From: Octopus sinensis
Taxonomy: Eukaryota
Reading direction: 5' to 3'
NCBI RefSeq assembly: GCF_006345805.1
Contig: NC_043003.1
Location: forward strand, 67,580,001 to 67,644,000
DNA: 64,000 nucleotides
Part shown: in pieces, positions 1-12,529 of the stretch
Numbering within the stretch: the first letter of the stretch is position 1
Layout: every line of letters starts with the position of its first letter
Notes under the pieces: generated by a model
The model's input: only the letters and a program-made list of their open reading frames with translations
Database searches by the model: none
What the model was told of the DNA's origin: nothing
Made by a program: the position numbers and the translations under genes

Positions 1-808
1 ATTGTTGTATCGCACGTTCGACGTATGATATAACCGGATAATAATAATAATGTCCTCGCAGATCATTGTACTCGAGATACTGGTAATAACCTTCGACAAA
101 ACGCAATTCTCGAATTTACACTGCACTGAAGCATCTCTGCGTATGTCCATTTATCTTATTTCCTGCTTTAATTTTTACATTGATATGCAAATCACACATT
201 TATCTACACAAAAACACTCGTATGATTTTCAGAATTCCCTCTTGTGATGTGTGGTAAGTAGGAAGATGCCCCCTCAGTCTTAGACTCCAGAGCAATGCTC
301 CCATCAGAGAATGTATTACTGTTAGCATCCAGAAGTATAATACCACTGTGAAAACCTGTGAAGACCGGTGAAAAGAACGCATCTTTCAAAGAAGATTTAC
401 CAGATTCCTATTTAACAATTTTCATACCGAGCAGAATTTTTGTTAAAACACTCTTTCACAGGGCGCCGATTACTGAGTACAAAATCCAAAATTTTGTTGA
501 ATACTTCTATACATGCTGCCTTCCTCGATATAAAAATTGTCAGCACTGAAAGGATTTACATCGAAATATCTTTGGAAAAAAATGTTTAAATGACGCAAAA
601 CATGCAGCAAGTATTTTGATATTGGAAATAACTACTGTAGTATGAAAATCTATACGTGAAATTTCACACTGTGAGTTCGTATACGTTTCCGTTTTATTCA
701 AATTCTCTGCACCAACCAGCTTGAAGCTTAAACATTCACATTTCCTTCATTGTAGGCATATAAAAAGAAATCATTAATATATGAAAAACTAAACAGAAAG
801 CCCATGTG

Positions 809-847
<39 letters not shown>

Positions 848-3078
848 GCGCATACGCATATATACATACATCCATATAGACATACTTACACACACAAAGA
901 CACACGCACATACAGCGGTTAGCTTTTGAAGATAATGTGTTGTATAACAAAAAATTGTGTAAACAATATCATAAATAGTTACAAGAGATGCTGCAACTTT
1001 TTCCGAAGGTTTTCTTCAATAACAACGCTATACGATTCGATCGCATACTATCCTATTGTATGAAACAACAAAAGATCACACGTAAACATCCTTTGTACGA
1101 AAAGAACCAATCGACAAAGGAGGGAAAAAGAAAAATCTTTCGTACGTTTACTTTTCGTGACCAACATTAAACAAATGCACTAATTCGTAGACGGCGATTC
1201 AATTCCAGCTCAAAAGAAGACAACTGGAATTAAATATGTATCTCGTTTGAAAATGTTTTAATTATTTAGTTTTTTTATTTTCTATTTTTCTATTTCAACG
1301 AAAATGTCTGATTATGCTCGAAGCACATATCTGCAAATATTTATAGAACTATATGCATAAAAACACTGCAACAATCATATGCATACACGTCGTTGTTCAA
1401 TCATTTTTGCTCTAATGATGGAACAGGTTGCAAATAAATCAAATGTTACTTTGCACTCTATCACTTCTTACAGAATACGTGATTTAAGTCTCATCACAAG
1501 TTTAACGATGCCTGTAATTATATTGAACGTACATTTATTTAATATTCATTGTCATAATATCCCTGGCACTGCAGGTGCCTCGCTATCTCGCATTTTAATA
1601 GTTAATTCTTTGGCAATGATGTGAATGGTAATATAAACAACCAAATTTCACTCAGCACGTTACGTTGACTTTATAATCTATGTGCATATATATGCATACA
1701 CGTAGTCACGCAAACACACACACACTCACATACATTTTAAGCATTAGTTGGCGTTGTAACCATATTTTGATTGACATAGACTAAAATTAAGTAACTACGT
1801 GTTAATTCATTTGTTTAGTCATTTGGCTAAACTAAATGGAGTATTTATTCTCTTGTGTCTTAATGCAAAACGTATATAATATTTACGGTTAGTAAATTTA
1901 TGATATATGCCAAACTCAGACTGACTGTTAATATTCCTTATAGAAATATTTAAAACCCCCCGCTTCTGAGTTAATTAATTTATACTGTAGTGAATGGAAT
2001 AAATCCTTTACCATTGTCTTTTGTAGATGAATAGAAAGAGTTTAGTAATCCTTTGTGATTGGTGAAACAGTATAATTTCCTAAGCCTCCAAAACTAAATT
2101 TATTAGGCCAAGCTACAGTGGAGCCCACTGTAGTACCGTATTTATATCAAAGAAAGAGTAACTACGCTGGAGAAAAAAATTCAATCCAACAATCGTTAAT
2201 ATTTTTGTAGTATTTGAACATTTATTTGCCAAATTCTCTTCACGCAGTCATTTACCTTGGATACAAAAATCTTGATAAGTATTAGTATATAAATTCACAA
2301 CATAAAAACATATAACCTGCATTTCTCATTGGGCATTTTTAATTGATTCAACTTATCTAGGCTGCTTTTTATAAGACTTTACAAGCATTAAATAAATGCT
2401 TTTCATAGGATATCTGAGAAATGCACTTTGACAGCGAAGTTTTCATTATGGCTCAGGTACTACAGTACATTATTTAAGTGTGTAGATAAAACATTAAAAC
2501 ATAAAAATGCAGATCTCTAACATCAGCTATCTTGTAAATGTTTGCAAACCCATACAAATGAACTGATTTATCGGTTAATACCTTCCTAATGGAGTTTAAC
2601 AGGTCTGTAAGAGATTTTATTATTTCTGATGGTTGTACATTTTAAAATACTTGTCAAAATACTTTTCCTTCTGATATACATTAAACTATCAATATAAGTA
2701 CTTCTATAAGAGCTTATTCAATTCACGATTCACGATCATTTTCATATTCGTATATATTCATGTATATGTAGTGCTGCAGATTAACTTATTACTTTGGTTA
2801 TATATGCCACATGGAGTATACAAAATATGGACTTCAAATCACAATAAGTATATCTCTACTATTTGATTAAGGCTCTATGTATGTGAGAGAGAGGGAGAGA
2901 TAAAGAGAGAGACAGACATACAGAGAGGTTTAGGTGTCCAGAAGATCCAAATGGCAGGTAAGGCTATGGAAGTGCTACGGAAGGAATGCTATTAGACTCC
3001 CGTTTCGATAATAGTATGATTGAGGAGTCTAATGCCGGTCGTGCGTAAGCATGTATATGTTAACTAAAATGAAACAAC

Positions 3079-3222
3079 AAAGCCAATGCACTGTGAAATT
3101 TCTAGGACATTTATAAAGAGAAAGGTAATCTTACAGCTGTTTCAGGAATACATCCCCGAAATAGCTGTAAGACTACTGTTCTCTTTATAAATGCCCTAGA
3201 AATTTCACAGTGCATTGGCTTT
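3079..3222. repeat. Fold-back inverted repeat (69-bp arms, 6-nt spacer); each arm carries a hammerhead 3' half
   Basis: Arm aaagccaatgcactgtgaaatttctagg...acagctgtttcagga matches the reverse complement of 3154-3222 with about 7 mismatches. GAAAY-AGCT-GTA occurs at 3158-3169 (+) and 3143-3132 (-). Confidence 0.9.
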
Positions 3223-3317
3223 TCATTTTAATTAACACGCACATACACATACGCACACACACACACACGCACGCACACACACACACACACCACACACACA
3301 CACACATTTTCTTCTTT

Positions 3318-3790
3318 TTAATATAGAAACACGAATTTTAATTCAGAACCCTGTGCCTGGTACATACAGTAGAGATCCTTGAGCCGATGAGACAATTTCG
3401 TCAACTTCAGCTGTAAATTACCACGTTTTGTAATTTCAAGTCGGTTTCTCTTGGCTTCCAGCAAATTGTCAACCCCACTGAATCCACGTTCGACCCAACA
3501 AGACAAAGGAAAATGAATCAATAATTCTCTTGGACAATACATACTGATACAGAGAAACAAACGCCTAACAAACGCAGATACCTCACTCAGAACGCTTGAT
3601 TGGGTGAAGCTGCATCGATTCACATGATTTAAGTATAGATATCGCATGGCGATGTTTTTTTTCCATCTCAATGTCCAAAGCTAGGCTTAGTGTCGACTAG
3701 TGTGCGCTCAAATCACTTACAAACATTTTCACAGCGCACATTAAGGCACTCCTCACCGGTGGGCCGTACGCCCCACGTTGGGAAACGCTG
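3318..3790 (-). mobile_element. Internally deleted hAT (Charlie/Buster-type) transposon remnant
   Basis: Minus-strand 5' end CAGCGTTTCCCAACG resembles Charlie-type TIRs. The ORF fragment FPLSCWVERGFSGVDNLLEAKRNRLEITKRGNLQLKLTKL matches the hAT C-terminal dimerisation region. Confidence 0.75.
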
Positions 3791-5013
3791 GTTTAGAGAG
3801 TCTGGTAGGTATTTTCACAAGTCATGCTCACTCAACGGTGTTAAAAATATTATCACATGACATTAAATCACGGACGTAGCGAGGAACTTAGAGACATGTC
3901 TCAGCCTTATCACGTGATTATTCTCTGCCAATCAAATTGTATATTATACAAATTCTAAGTTGAGAATTATTCTCACCGTAAAAATCAAGAGAATTTTCGA
4001 AAGCCATTCAGAAGCAAGGCATTGCGACAGTCACAAGTCTTTCTATCTCCGTTAACACTGGAAAAATTAGAAAAGTCTATGAAATCGGTTAAGCATCTGG
4101 AACTAAACAAACTGAAACACTCCCAAAATCTTTTCAAGTTCGTTTATATTTTTCCATTATGCAATATCTGGAAATTTTAATGTATCATCATTTGGAAAAT
4201 AATGCGGAAACTATTCATGCCAATTTATCAGAGAAATGTAAACGATTTCTTGGCGATTGTTTATTCCATCGAATGAAATTATTGGAAAAATAAATAAATT
4301 TCAATTATTAACCAAGATAATAAATAACAATATTCAACAGACAGTAGTACAGATAAGACAAACATTTTTTTAATATTTTAAGACTGGAATTTAATATAAA
4401 AAATTAATACAGACTTCAACAAAAAATATACACTGTAAATGCTATCTGCCATTTACGTTTTTCATTCGAAATACACGGAATATACCTTTCAGTTTTTCGT
4501 AAAGTCTATAACAGTACATTCTCAAACCCATGATATGACTTCATGAACTTCAGGTTTCACTCAAGTTGTTATTTTTCATGATAAACAGTGTATGTGGTTC
4601 GATAGACAAAGCTATTTATCTTTAGATACTATGGTTGGAGTTACAAAACAATACGCTTGAATTCAAGTATGACACCCGATGTCTCTAAACACACCCGATA
4701 ACAGCGTATATTATAATGCTGTTGTTTCAGACATACTATCATAAGTAGGTAAAACAAATTATTAAAAGCCTTATAGGGAATGTGAAGAACTACCTAATTA
4801 TATCCAAAAGCAACTCTAAATTGGTTTTAAAAATTAGCCCCTTTTTCTTCATAAGTTCAATAAAGGTTTTAAAAAGTAGCGAAATTGCTTTGGAGATTGC
4901 TTTAAAATTGGCAAACAGAAAATCATTTTAACAAGGATAACGTAACAATATTAAGAACGGTTTTTCCTACGCAACTAACAGTGTAACTGAAGCAAAAGTA
5001 TGCTCAGGATATA

Positions 5014-5588
5014 TTGGGTTGTCCGGAAAGTTCGTGCCGATTTATAGTAGCTTATCTTTCGACTTATTTTAGAACATTGTTGAGTCCATAAAATGGGATT
5101 TGACTACACCTACATTTAGAGAACAGTTTAAGCTATCTTTTCGTGGAAGAAGGTTTTCGTTCCTATAACCTGTGTTAATTCTGTAAGCCTTTAAAATGGA
5201 AGAAAAGAATGTTCATTTTCGGCACTTGAGGCTTTTCTTTTTCCGCAAAGGGAAAAATGCCTCACAAGCAATCAGAGAAATAAGCGCAGTTAACGGTGAT
5301 GTTTCTTTACCCGAAAGAACTGTACGGAAGTGGTTCGCAAGGTACCAAACTGGAGATTGTAGCCTTATAGATGAAAAGCGATCAGGCAGACCATCCGCTC
5401 CAGATGATGACCAAATCAAGTCATTAATTGAGAATAACCCACATTGCACAACCCGAAAATTGGCAGTAATCCACAACCTATCGAAATCTGTCGTTCATGA
5501 GCACCTGGTAAAGCTTGGGTAATGACAAGTATTTATTGACCTTTTTTCTTTCCTTTAAAAGTCGGCACGAACTTTCCGGACAACCCAA
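5014..5588 (+). mobile_element. Non-autonomous mariner deletion derivative
   Basis: Identical 27-bp TIRs ttgggttgtccggaaagttcgtgccga, TA on both sides (5012-13, 5589-90), and the N-terminal part of a transposase inside. Confidence 0.93.
5196..5522 (+). CDS. Truncated mariner transposase, HTH DNA-binding region only (108 aa)
   Basis: HFRHLRLFFFRKGKNASQAIREISAVNGDVSLPERTVRKWFARYQTGDCSLIDEKRSGRP. The stop falls at the deletion junction. Confidence 0.7.
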   Translation: MEEKNVHFRHLRLFFFRKGKNASQAIREISAVNGDVSLPERTVRKWFARYQTGDCSLIDEKRSGRPSAPDDDQIKSLIENNPHCTTRKLAVIHNLSKSVVHEHLVKLG

Positions 5589-6390
5589 TAGATATAATTA
5601 TATAAGGAAAATAGAAATAACTTAAAAGTAAATGAATGACAGAAAAGAGAAGGAAAATTTCAAGCACAAATTTCATTCGACGAATGAATTAACAGATGTG
5701 CTATTAATTGGCAAACACGGTTTTAAAGTTTGGAATATAAGGTAGTGTCAGATTGAATATCTGAACAACATCGGATCAATAAGGAATTTGCATTCATTAG
5801 AAAATATCGACCCATTTTAAGTGCGTATAAGTAATCAATGTGTTGACATTTTATTAATTAATAAATTGTTCATGCAATTCATTTACTAGAATCGATGGAG
5901 CTTCTGGATGAATGAATTGTGGTATTTCTTTTGAATCGTTGCATTCTGATTTCAAATATCACCTTCCTTATATTTACACTTCACTCTTTAACGAGTTGTT
6001 GATAGAATAAAGAACCCACCTAGTACTGCTGTCGATGATATGGAGTAACACAACTTAAAACTACAGCCATTGTGTCTAAACTAGAATATTGATATTATAA
6101 TTATTGTTTATTAAAATGAAGAAAGCAGGGAGTTGGCAGAATTGTTACCGCTACGTATAAAATGTCTAGCGGCATTTTGTCCATTGACGGTCAGAGTTCA
6201 AATTCTGCCAAGGTCGATCTGCCTTTTCATCACTTCGGAATGATAAAAGAAGTATGTGGTAAACACAAGGGTTGATATAATCGACTGATCCCTCCATTTA
6301 AAATCGTTCAACTTGTGCTAGAATTAACGATATATATTAACTAAAGCAATCATTCTGATTTACAACATTGCGTTATATCGTATTAAAATA

Positions 6391-7522
6391 TGGGACATAC
6401 CATAAATAAAGCAGTTTTTCAGTTGCGTGAACTAAAATCGGAAGGGAATAGGATAACTCAACTGCGTCAACTTTCTATAAAAGCAGGTAGTAATTTTACC
6501 TTGTCCTTAATCTTAGTAGAAGTTTTAAAGATTGCAGTTCGATTTTAACAGCTATTTTTTAAAAGCTATAATGGAAACGACAAAGGCCCGTTTTGATTTA
6601 TGAGTTCAACGAAGTCAACAATGCAACGGAACGTTCGAGGAATATTAATGCAGTATATGGCGAACGGACAATAAGTGTAAGTCAGTGTCAATGGTGCTTC
6701 CAGAAAATTCGAGCCGGAATCTACAACCTCGTCCTTTTGGAACGAAATCCCATCGTAACTGTTGAGGAACTAGCAGAGATTCTTGGATTTGCTCATTCAA
6801 TTATTCATCGGTACCTGCGTGCTACAGGAAAAGTCAGAAAACTCTCTGAGTTTAATCGCGCGCAGAGTGTGAATGTGTGCCCTTCTTTGCTGCCGCGTCA
6901 CACGAATGAACCTTCTGTGGACCGACTAGTGACTGGCGACGAGACATGGGTTCGCTATAAAAATGACAAGCACCGAAAACGGTGAATAGGGAAAGGGAGT
7001 GGCTAAAAGAAGTTTTCACTCATGTAAGGCGTTGTTATCTGTTTGGTGGAATATGAAAGGTTTAGTTCAGTTTGAACTTTTAAACCCAAACCAAACATTA
7101 ACGAGGGAGATCTACTGCGAGCGCCTTGAGCGGCTTAAGTCAGCACTAGAAGAAAAACGACCCTCTTCTATCACGATAATGCTCGGTCACATACAGCGAC
7201 GAATATATTCCCATGGTTGGAGCAGTTTGAATGAGAAACGATGCACCACCCAGCATATTCGCCGGATATTGCCTCATCTGATTATCATTTATTCAGCAGC
7301 CTCCAAAACCCATTGGGACGGTAAAAATATGAATGGTGTAGATGAGGTTAGATGAGTACTGGAGGAGTAATTTTCATCAAGAACAAGTGAACTTTGGAAG
7401 AGGAGCCTTGCAATCCTATCAGACAGATGGAAGAGCATTGCAGAAATGCAGGAGAGTGTATTTTAGATTAAAAAAGAAAAATAAAAGTATAAAGAAACTG
7501 CATTATTTATGGTATAACACAA
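6391..7522 (+). mobile_element. Decayed mariner element
   Basis: Degenerate TIRs (ataccataaataa(a/t)gcagttt). Broken transposase with LVTGDETWV, ALLSVWWNMKG and an out-of-frame HPAYSPDIA-SDY motif. Confidence 0.88.
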
Positions 7523-7524
7523 TA

Positions 7525-7526
7525 TA

Positions 7527-7571
<45 letters not shown>

Positions 7572-7593
7572 ATATTATGTGTGCGAGTGTGTA

Positions 7594-7633
<40 letters not shown>

Positions 7634-7942
7634 CGTTTATGTATTCGCGGATTATTGGCGTTCGGATGTATTTATTATTTCATTCATTGTATGCAATGTC
7701 AGACCTGATTCATTATATCGTCTCTCATGCACAATTACTAACCTATAGCGGACGAAATACTGAAGGAATAAAAAATGCGGAGATCATTTTGCTCATGCAA
7801 AAGCACCACAACTGGTAGCATAAATTTCTAGGTGTATCAAAAGCAAAGGTACGCATAAGTGTGCGTATGTGTGGTGTGTCTGTATTCATGTATATCAATC
7901 TATGTATCTATATACATTTATGTGTGCAAACATATATATATA

Positions 7943-7996
<54 letters not shown>

Positions 7997-8044
7997 TTAG
8001 ATATTCAGACACACAACATATATATATATAATATATCTATATAT

Positions 8045-8084
<40 letters not shown>

Positions 8085-8148
8085 GTATAAGTACATAATA
8101 TATACATATATATATATATGTGATAGAAAGTATGGTCGGTGATATGTG

Positions 8149-8191
<43 letters not shown>

Positions 8192-8874
8192 ACAGGTAAT
8201 AGAAAGTGCTTCCTTGTTGCTACATCGTTACTCAACACTTCAAATCAATCATCGAATACTGCAACTACCGTACATTAAAATTTGCGTTGTTAAAGTAAAT
8301 GTAAAAACTTAGTGTATGAGCATACGTGTCACAGTGTGTATATACTTGTTTGTGTCTGAATTTGTACGTATGCAAAGTTATTTCGTTGAACATATGTATT
8401 GTCTGTTACGTAACCACAAGAATCTTTAGTTGTACATGTCTATGCTTATCTCTATGACTGACTATGTATATATATTAGCCTCCGTCTCTTCTTGTTATTT
8501 TGATTGGAAACATCTGTAAATATATGACACCCTTCATGTTTTTTTATATGTAATAATTTCTATGCATATGTTTTTTAAAAATACTTAACATTTTTTTTGC
8601 ATTAAATTTACCTTCTTACACAAGTTTTTGCTGATATGGAACTAAAAAGTTTTTGACAATATTCTTCAATCTCTAGATGACTGCATATTTCTCTTAATAA
8701 ATTCCGTGTGACATTTCAGACTGATAAATATATAATTTGAAATAATGGCATTGAATAAGTTTCTGTTTTTATGATTGTATATACACGTGTACTTGTGTAC
8801 GCATATGAAAATCAATATAAACATTTATACTTACATAAGTATTATAATACATATATAGATGATCGAGTTGTGAA

Positions 8875-8947
<73 letters not shown>

Positions 8948-9048
8948 CATATATATATATATGTGTGTGTGTATATAGATAGATAGTTAGTTAGATATAC
9001 ATATATAGGTAAATAGATAGAAAGATAGATACATACAGAACCCCCCCC

Positions 9049-9110
<62 letters not shown>
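7525..9110. repeat. Microsatellite-rich zone ((TA)n, (CA)n, (TG)n), representative of dozens of such tracts across the window
   Basis: Direct reading. These tracts account for the many [12 protein letters not shown] ORFs. Confidence 0.95.
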
Positions 9111-9114
<4 letters not shown>

Positions 9115-9731
9115 GTGTATATGTATGTGTTTATGTATATGTATCTATGTGTATGGGCTTGTGTATGACGAGCTTATTTATATACAGCCGCCATATTATG
9201 AATTTACCTGTTGTTACGAATGCTAAAGCTGACGAGAGACACAAATGACAAGTTTAACTACAGCCTCATAAAAATATATAAAAACAAGACAGACGACAGA
9301 CATAAAAGCGAAAATATAAATAACATTTTTAAAATAGTGTTGATGATTTCGACCTACAAGTCTCTAAGCCACTTGACAAAAAAAAAAGAAAACAAGATCG
9401 AAAGAAACATCAGCAGGTAATCAATCACATGAAGCAGACAGTAGGTCGTCAGAAATGAACGGAGGACAATGGACAATAAAGCCGAAGACTACTGGACAGA
9501 TCATCAAACAAATAGCTGAAATGTAACATAGGATAATATATATATGTATATATATAAATTGAGATAGGGGTTGTAAGTGTAACCCACCATGGGATAACAT
9601 ATATCCAATATACTGCCAGTAAAGCACCCAACAAATATAATACATTAATGTTAAGAATTGCGATGCAATTAATTCATTTATTGTATTATATGGGCAAAGG
9701 TAAAATGTTTTACCACAAATTAATAATTCAA

Positions 9732-9894
9732 AATAAGAAAATGGAGAAATACACCTTAATCAATAATCAACAACCAGATAATGAACTATTATGTTTGACC
9801 TTGATGTTCATATGTAGTGGGTTAATAAATTATGTGACTGGGTATTATCTGGTAGTTGATTATTGATTAAGGTGTATTTCTCCATTTTCTTATT
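9732..9894. repeat. Inverted repeat, 51-bp arms with 1 mismatch, 61-nt spacer
   Basis: 9732-9782 aataagaaaatggagaaatacacc...ccagataat is the reverse complement of 9844-9894. The right arm abuts a TA microsatellite. Confidence 0.92.
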
Positions 9895-9923
9895 GTGTAT
9901 GTATATATATATATATATATATA

Positions 9924-10101
9924 TTACTCTTTTAGTCTTTTACTTGTTTCAGTTATGTGACTGCGGCTATGCTGGAGAACCGCTTTTAGTCGAGCAAACC
10001 GACATCAGGTCTTATTGTTTGTAAGATTACTACTTATTCTATCGGACTGTTTTGCCGAACTGCTAGGTTACGCGGACGTAAACACACCAGAATCCATTGT
10101 C

Positions 10102-10102
<1 letters not shown>
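9924..10102 (-). mobile_element. SINE fragment whose 3' tail resembles that of the 53-58 kb LINE
   Basis: cttgtttcagttatgtgactgcggctatgctggagaaccgc aligns with the LINE 3' end cttgtttcagcttatgagctgtggccattatggggcaccgc. A related copy lies at about 60985-61110. Confidence 0.75.
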
Positions 10103-10146
<44 letters not shown>

Positions 10147-10529
10147 GTCCTGTTTTTGTTATTATTATTATCATTATTGTTTTTACGTATTTTTGTATTC
10201 TTATTCGTGTAACATAGTCCGTTTTCCCGTCCTTGTCTTGTATACATTCGAGGCTTTCTTCCAAGTAATCTAATGCGCTTGGCTTGGATTTTCCTTTGGG
10301 GCTGGCCAGGTCGGAGCAATCTCAAGATTAATCAGCCGAAATTGCGAGGATGATCAGGTTCTTGACTGAAGATTGAAGGCTTCGAATGTCCCGTCCGTGT
10401 TTTTTGTACCGTCTTCTAAATATTTTGCGTTCTTGTCCTAGTTTGTATTTTTTACATATATATACATATACATATATATATAATATATATATACATATAT
10501 ATATATATCTATATATATATATATATACA

Positions 10530-10560
<31 letters not shown>

Positions 10561-10580
10561 TATATAATACATATATATAT

Positions 10581-10631
<51 letters not shown>

Positions 10632-10688
10632 CATATACATATATATACATATAAATACATATATAAAATTGAATAGAAGATCTGAATA

Positions 10689-10734
10689 CGACCTGATGAA
10701 TGTCCTTAGACGAGACACGAAACAATTGTAGTGG
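10689..10734 (+). ncRNA. Minimal type I hammerhead ribozyme motif (weak stem I)
   Basis: cgac CTGATGA a tgtc...gaca c GAAAC aatt GTA gtgg. Stem III ACAAUUGU is palindromic. Predicted cut after 10730. Stem I contains a G.G mismatch. Confidence 0.65.
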
Positions 10735-10834
10735 CGAATTTAATTTTATTTAATTTATATAAGTTTTTTTATGTATTGGATTAAGTCTTTCTTTGTTTGA
10801 TTTGCATAATAGTGGTTTTGTCTCTAATTAATAT

Positions 10835-10890
<56 letters not shown>

Positions 10891-10905
10891 GTATGTACAT
10901 ATATA

Positions 10906-10938
<33 letters not shown>

Positions 10939-10952
10939 ATAAGGAGAATGGA

Positions 10953-11068
10953 GAGAATGAGGAATTTCAACATTCGAAATTTGTTTTCTGTTAGTTCATT
11001 CATATGCCATACCACTATTGAATAAACTAACTGGAAATAAATTTTGAAGCTTCAAATTCTTCATTCTC
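10953..11068. repeat. Imperfect hairpin, MITE-like, about 44-bp arms
   Basis: gagaatgaggaatttcaacattcgaaatttgttttctgttagtt versus the reverse complement gagaatgaagaatttgaagcttcaaaatttatttccagttagtt (about 80% identity). Confidence 0.7.
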
Positions 11069-11919
11069 CTCATTATCATTCTTCTACTTTACACTCTAAG
11101 TAGCTAAGAGATGAATGCTACTTGTCTCTCTTATTCAACACTATTTGTCTCTCTTATTCAACAATATTCCGCCGACGGTGTTCGATTACACGATGCGTCT
11201 AAAAATCTTAGTGCCAGAGTATCGTTACTTTTTCCTCTTCCTCCTCCATAACTTTACTTAGTACATACACATACCAGTTCTCTGTTACTTCATATTGGTA
11301 TTTAAGGCATAAGAGCCATTGTTATCATTATTATTATTTATTATTTTTTTCATTAGCATCTTCTTCCAATTCTGTTTCTATTTCTTGCTGACTATCTTCC
11401 TTACACCTAGAGCAGAGAAACGTACTTTACACTTTGGTAGGCAATTAAAATAAACACACAATAATGTTTATTTAAAACGTCATGTGATAGAGAAAAAGGG
11501 GCAGAAAGACAGTGAGAAAACGGAAAAAAAAATTTTTTAACTAAAAATAAAGGCGGAGATGAAAAATATTTACTGTGATTATTCTCTTCTCAATACGTGT
11601 GACGTACCAGTTGAGACAAAATTCTACACATTCTTGAATAATTTTCACTTCCTTTTTTGTTCATTCCAAGTGCTCCTTCAATCACTGGTATTGTAACCGT
11701 CTTGAGATGCCACACATTTTCGATTTCGATTGGCAGATCTTTATATTTCCCGAGCTTATCAAATTCTTTTGTGAAGATATTATGGTCACAGGGTATGCTT
11801 GTGTCAATCAATCAACAGACCATTTTGTTTTGGTCTTTCACAAAGTGCACATAAAGATGCGCACGCACACACACAGAAACACACTCACGCACGCAAGCAC
11901 ACACACACACACACATACC

Positions 11920-11952
<33 letters not shown>

Positions 11953-12216
11953 GATTCAAATATATTCTTAATCAGACGAAGTTACAATGTTAGCCGATCA
12001 CTAACAGTTTTGCACCTGACATTTACTAAAGTATCATATGTGGTATGCCCAAAACACTTGACCAATATCTAAATTCTGTTAGTTAATAATAACAATAGAT
12101 AATAATATTATAAACAATGGCAGTAAAGTATAAATAATAATAATAACAAAATCAAGAACTATATGTTATAACAATACTGATAATATATTCATATATATTC
12201 ATATATATTCGTATAT

Positions 12217-12410
12217 GAGCTGGCAGAATCGTTAGCACGCTGAGCGAACTGCTTAGCGTTATTTCGTTCTGAGTTCAAATTCCGCCGAGGTCAACTTTGC
12301 CCTTCATCCTTCGGGGTCGATAAATTAAGTAACAGTTTCGTACTAGAATCGATAAAATCGAATGGCCCAGTCCCCCAAAATTTAGAACTTTGTGCCTAGA
12401 GTAGAAAAGA
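12217..12410 (+). mobile_element. tRNA-derived SINE (octopus OR-type)
   Basis: Head gagctggcagaatcgttagc, B-box-like gagttcaaattcc, central gccttcatccttcggggtcgataaattaagt. Many further copies are in the window (about 6130, 25075, 26020, 31740, 43790, 46470, 47430, 59300-59600). Confidence 0.85.
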
Positions 12411-12529
12411 ATATATCCATATGTATACATACATATTCACACATTTACAAACACACACACACACTCACACACACATACACACTCACTCACATACACACAC
12501 ACACACACACAATGATGTATTCAATTCTA

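Noticed and set aside
200-410. Protein-like minus ORF (…GIILLDANSNTFSDGSIALESKTEG…) and a possible 21-nt + strand microexon at 233-253 (ttttcag…gtaagt)
   Set aside because: The two readings conflict, no homology is recognised, and neither can be linked to other exons.
10360-10395. CTGAAGA…CGAATGTC hammerhead-like string
   Set aside because: It lacks GAAA and has no credible stem I or II.
7342-11015. Numerous ORFs rich in YI, CV and TH dipeptides (also throughout the window)
   Set aside because: They are translations of (TA)n, (TG)n and (CA)n microsatellites, not genes.
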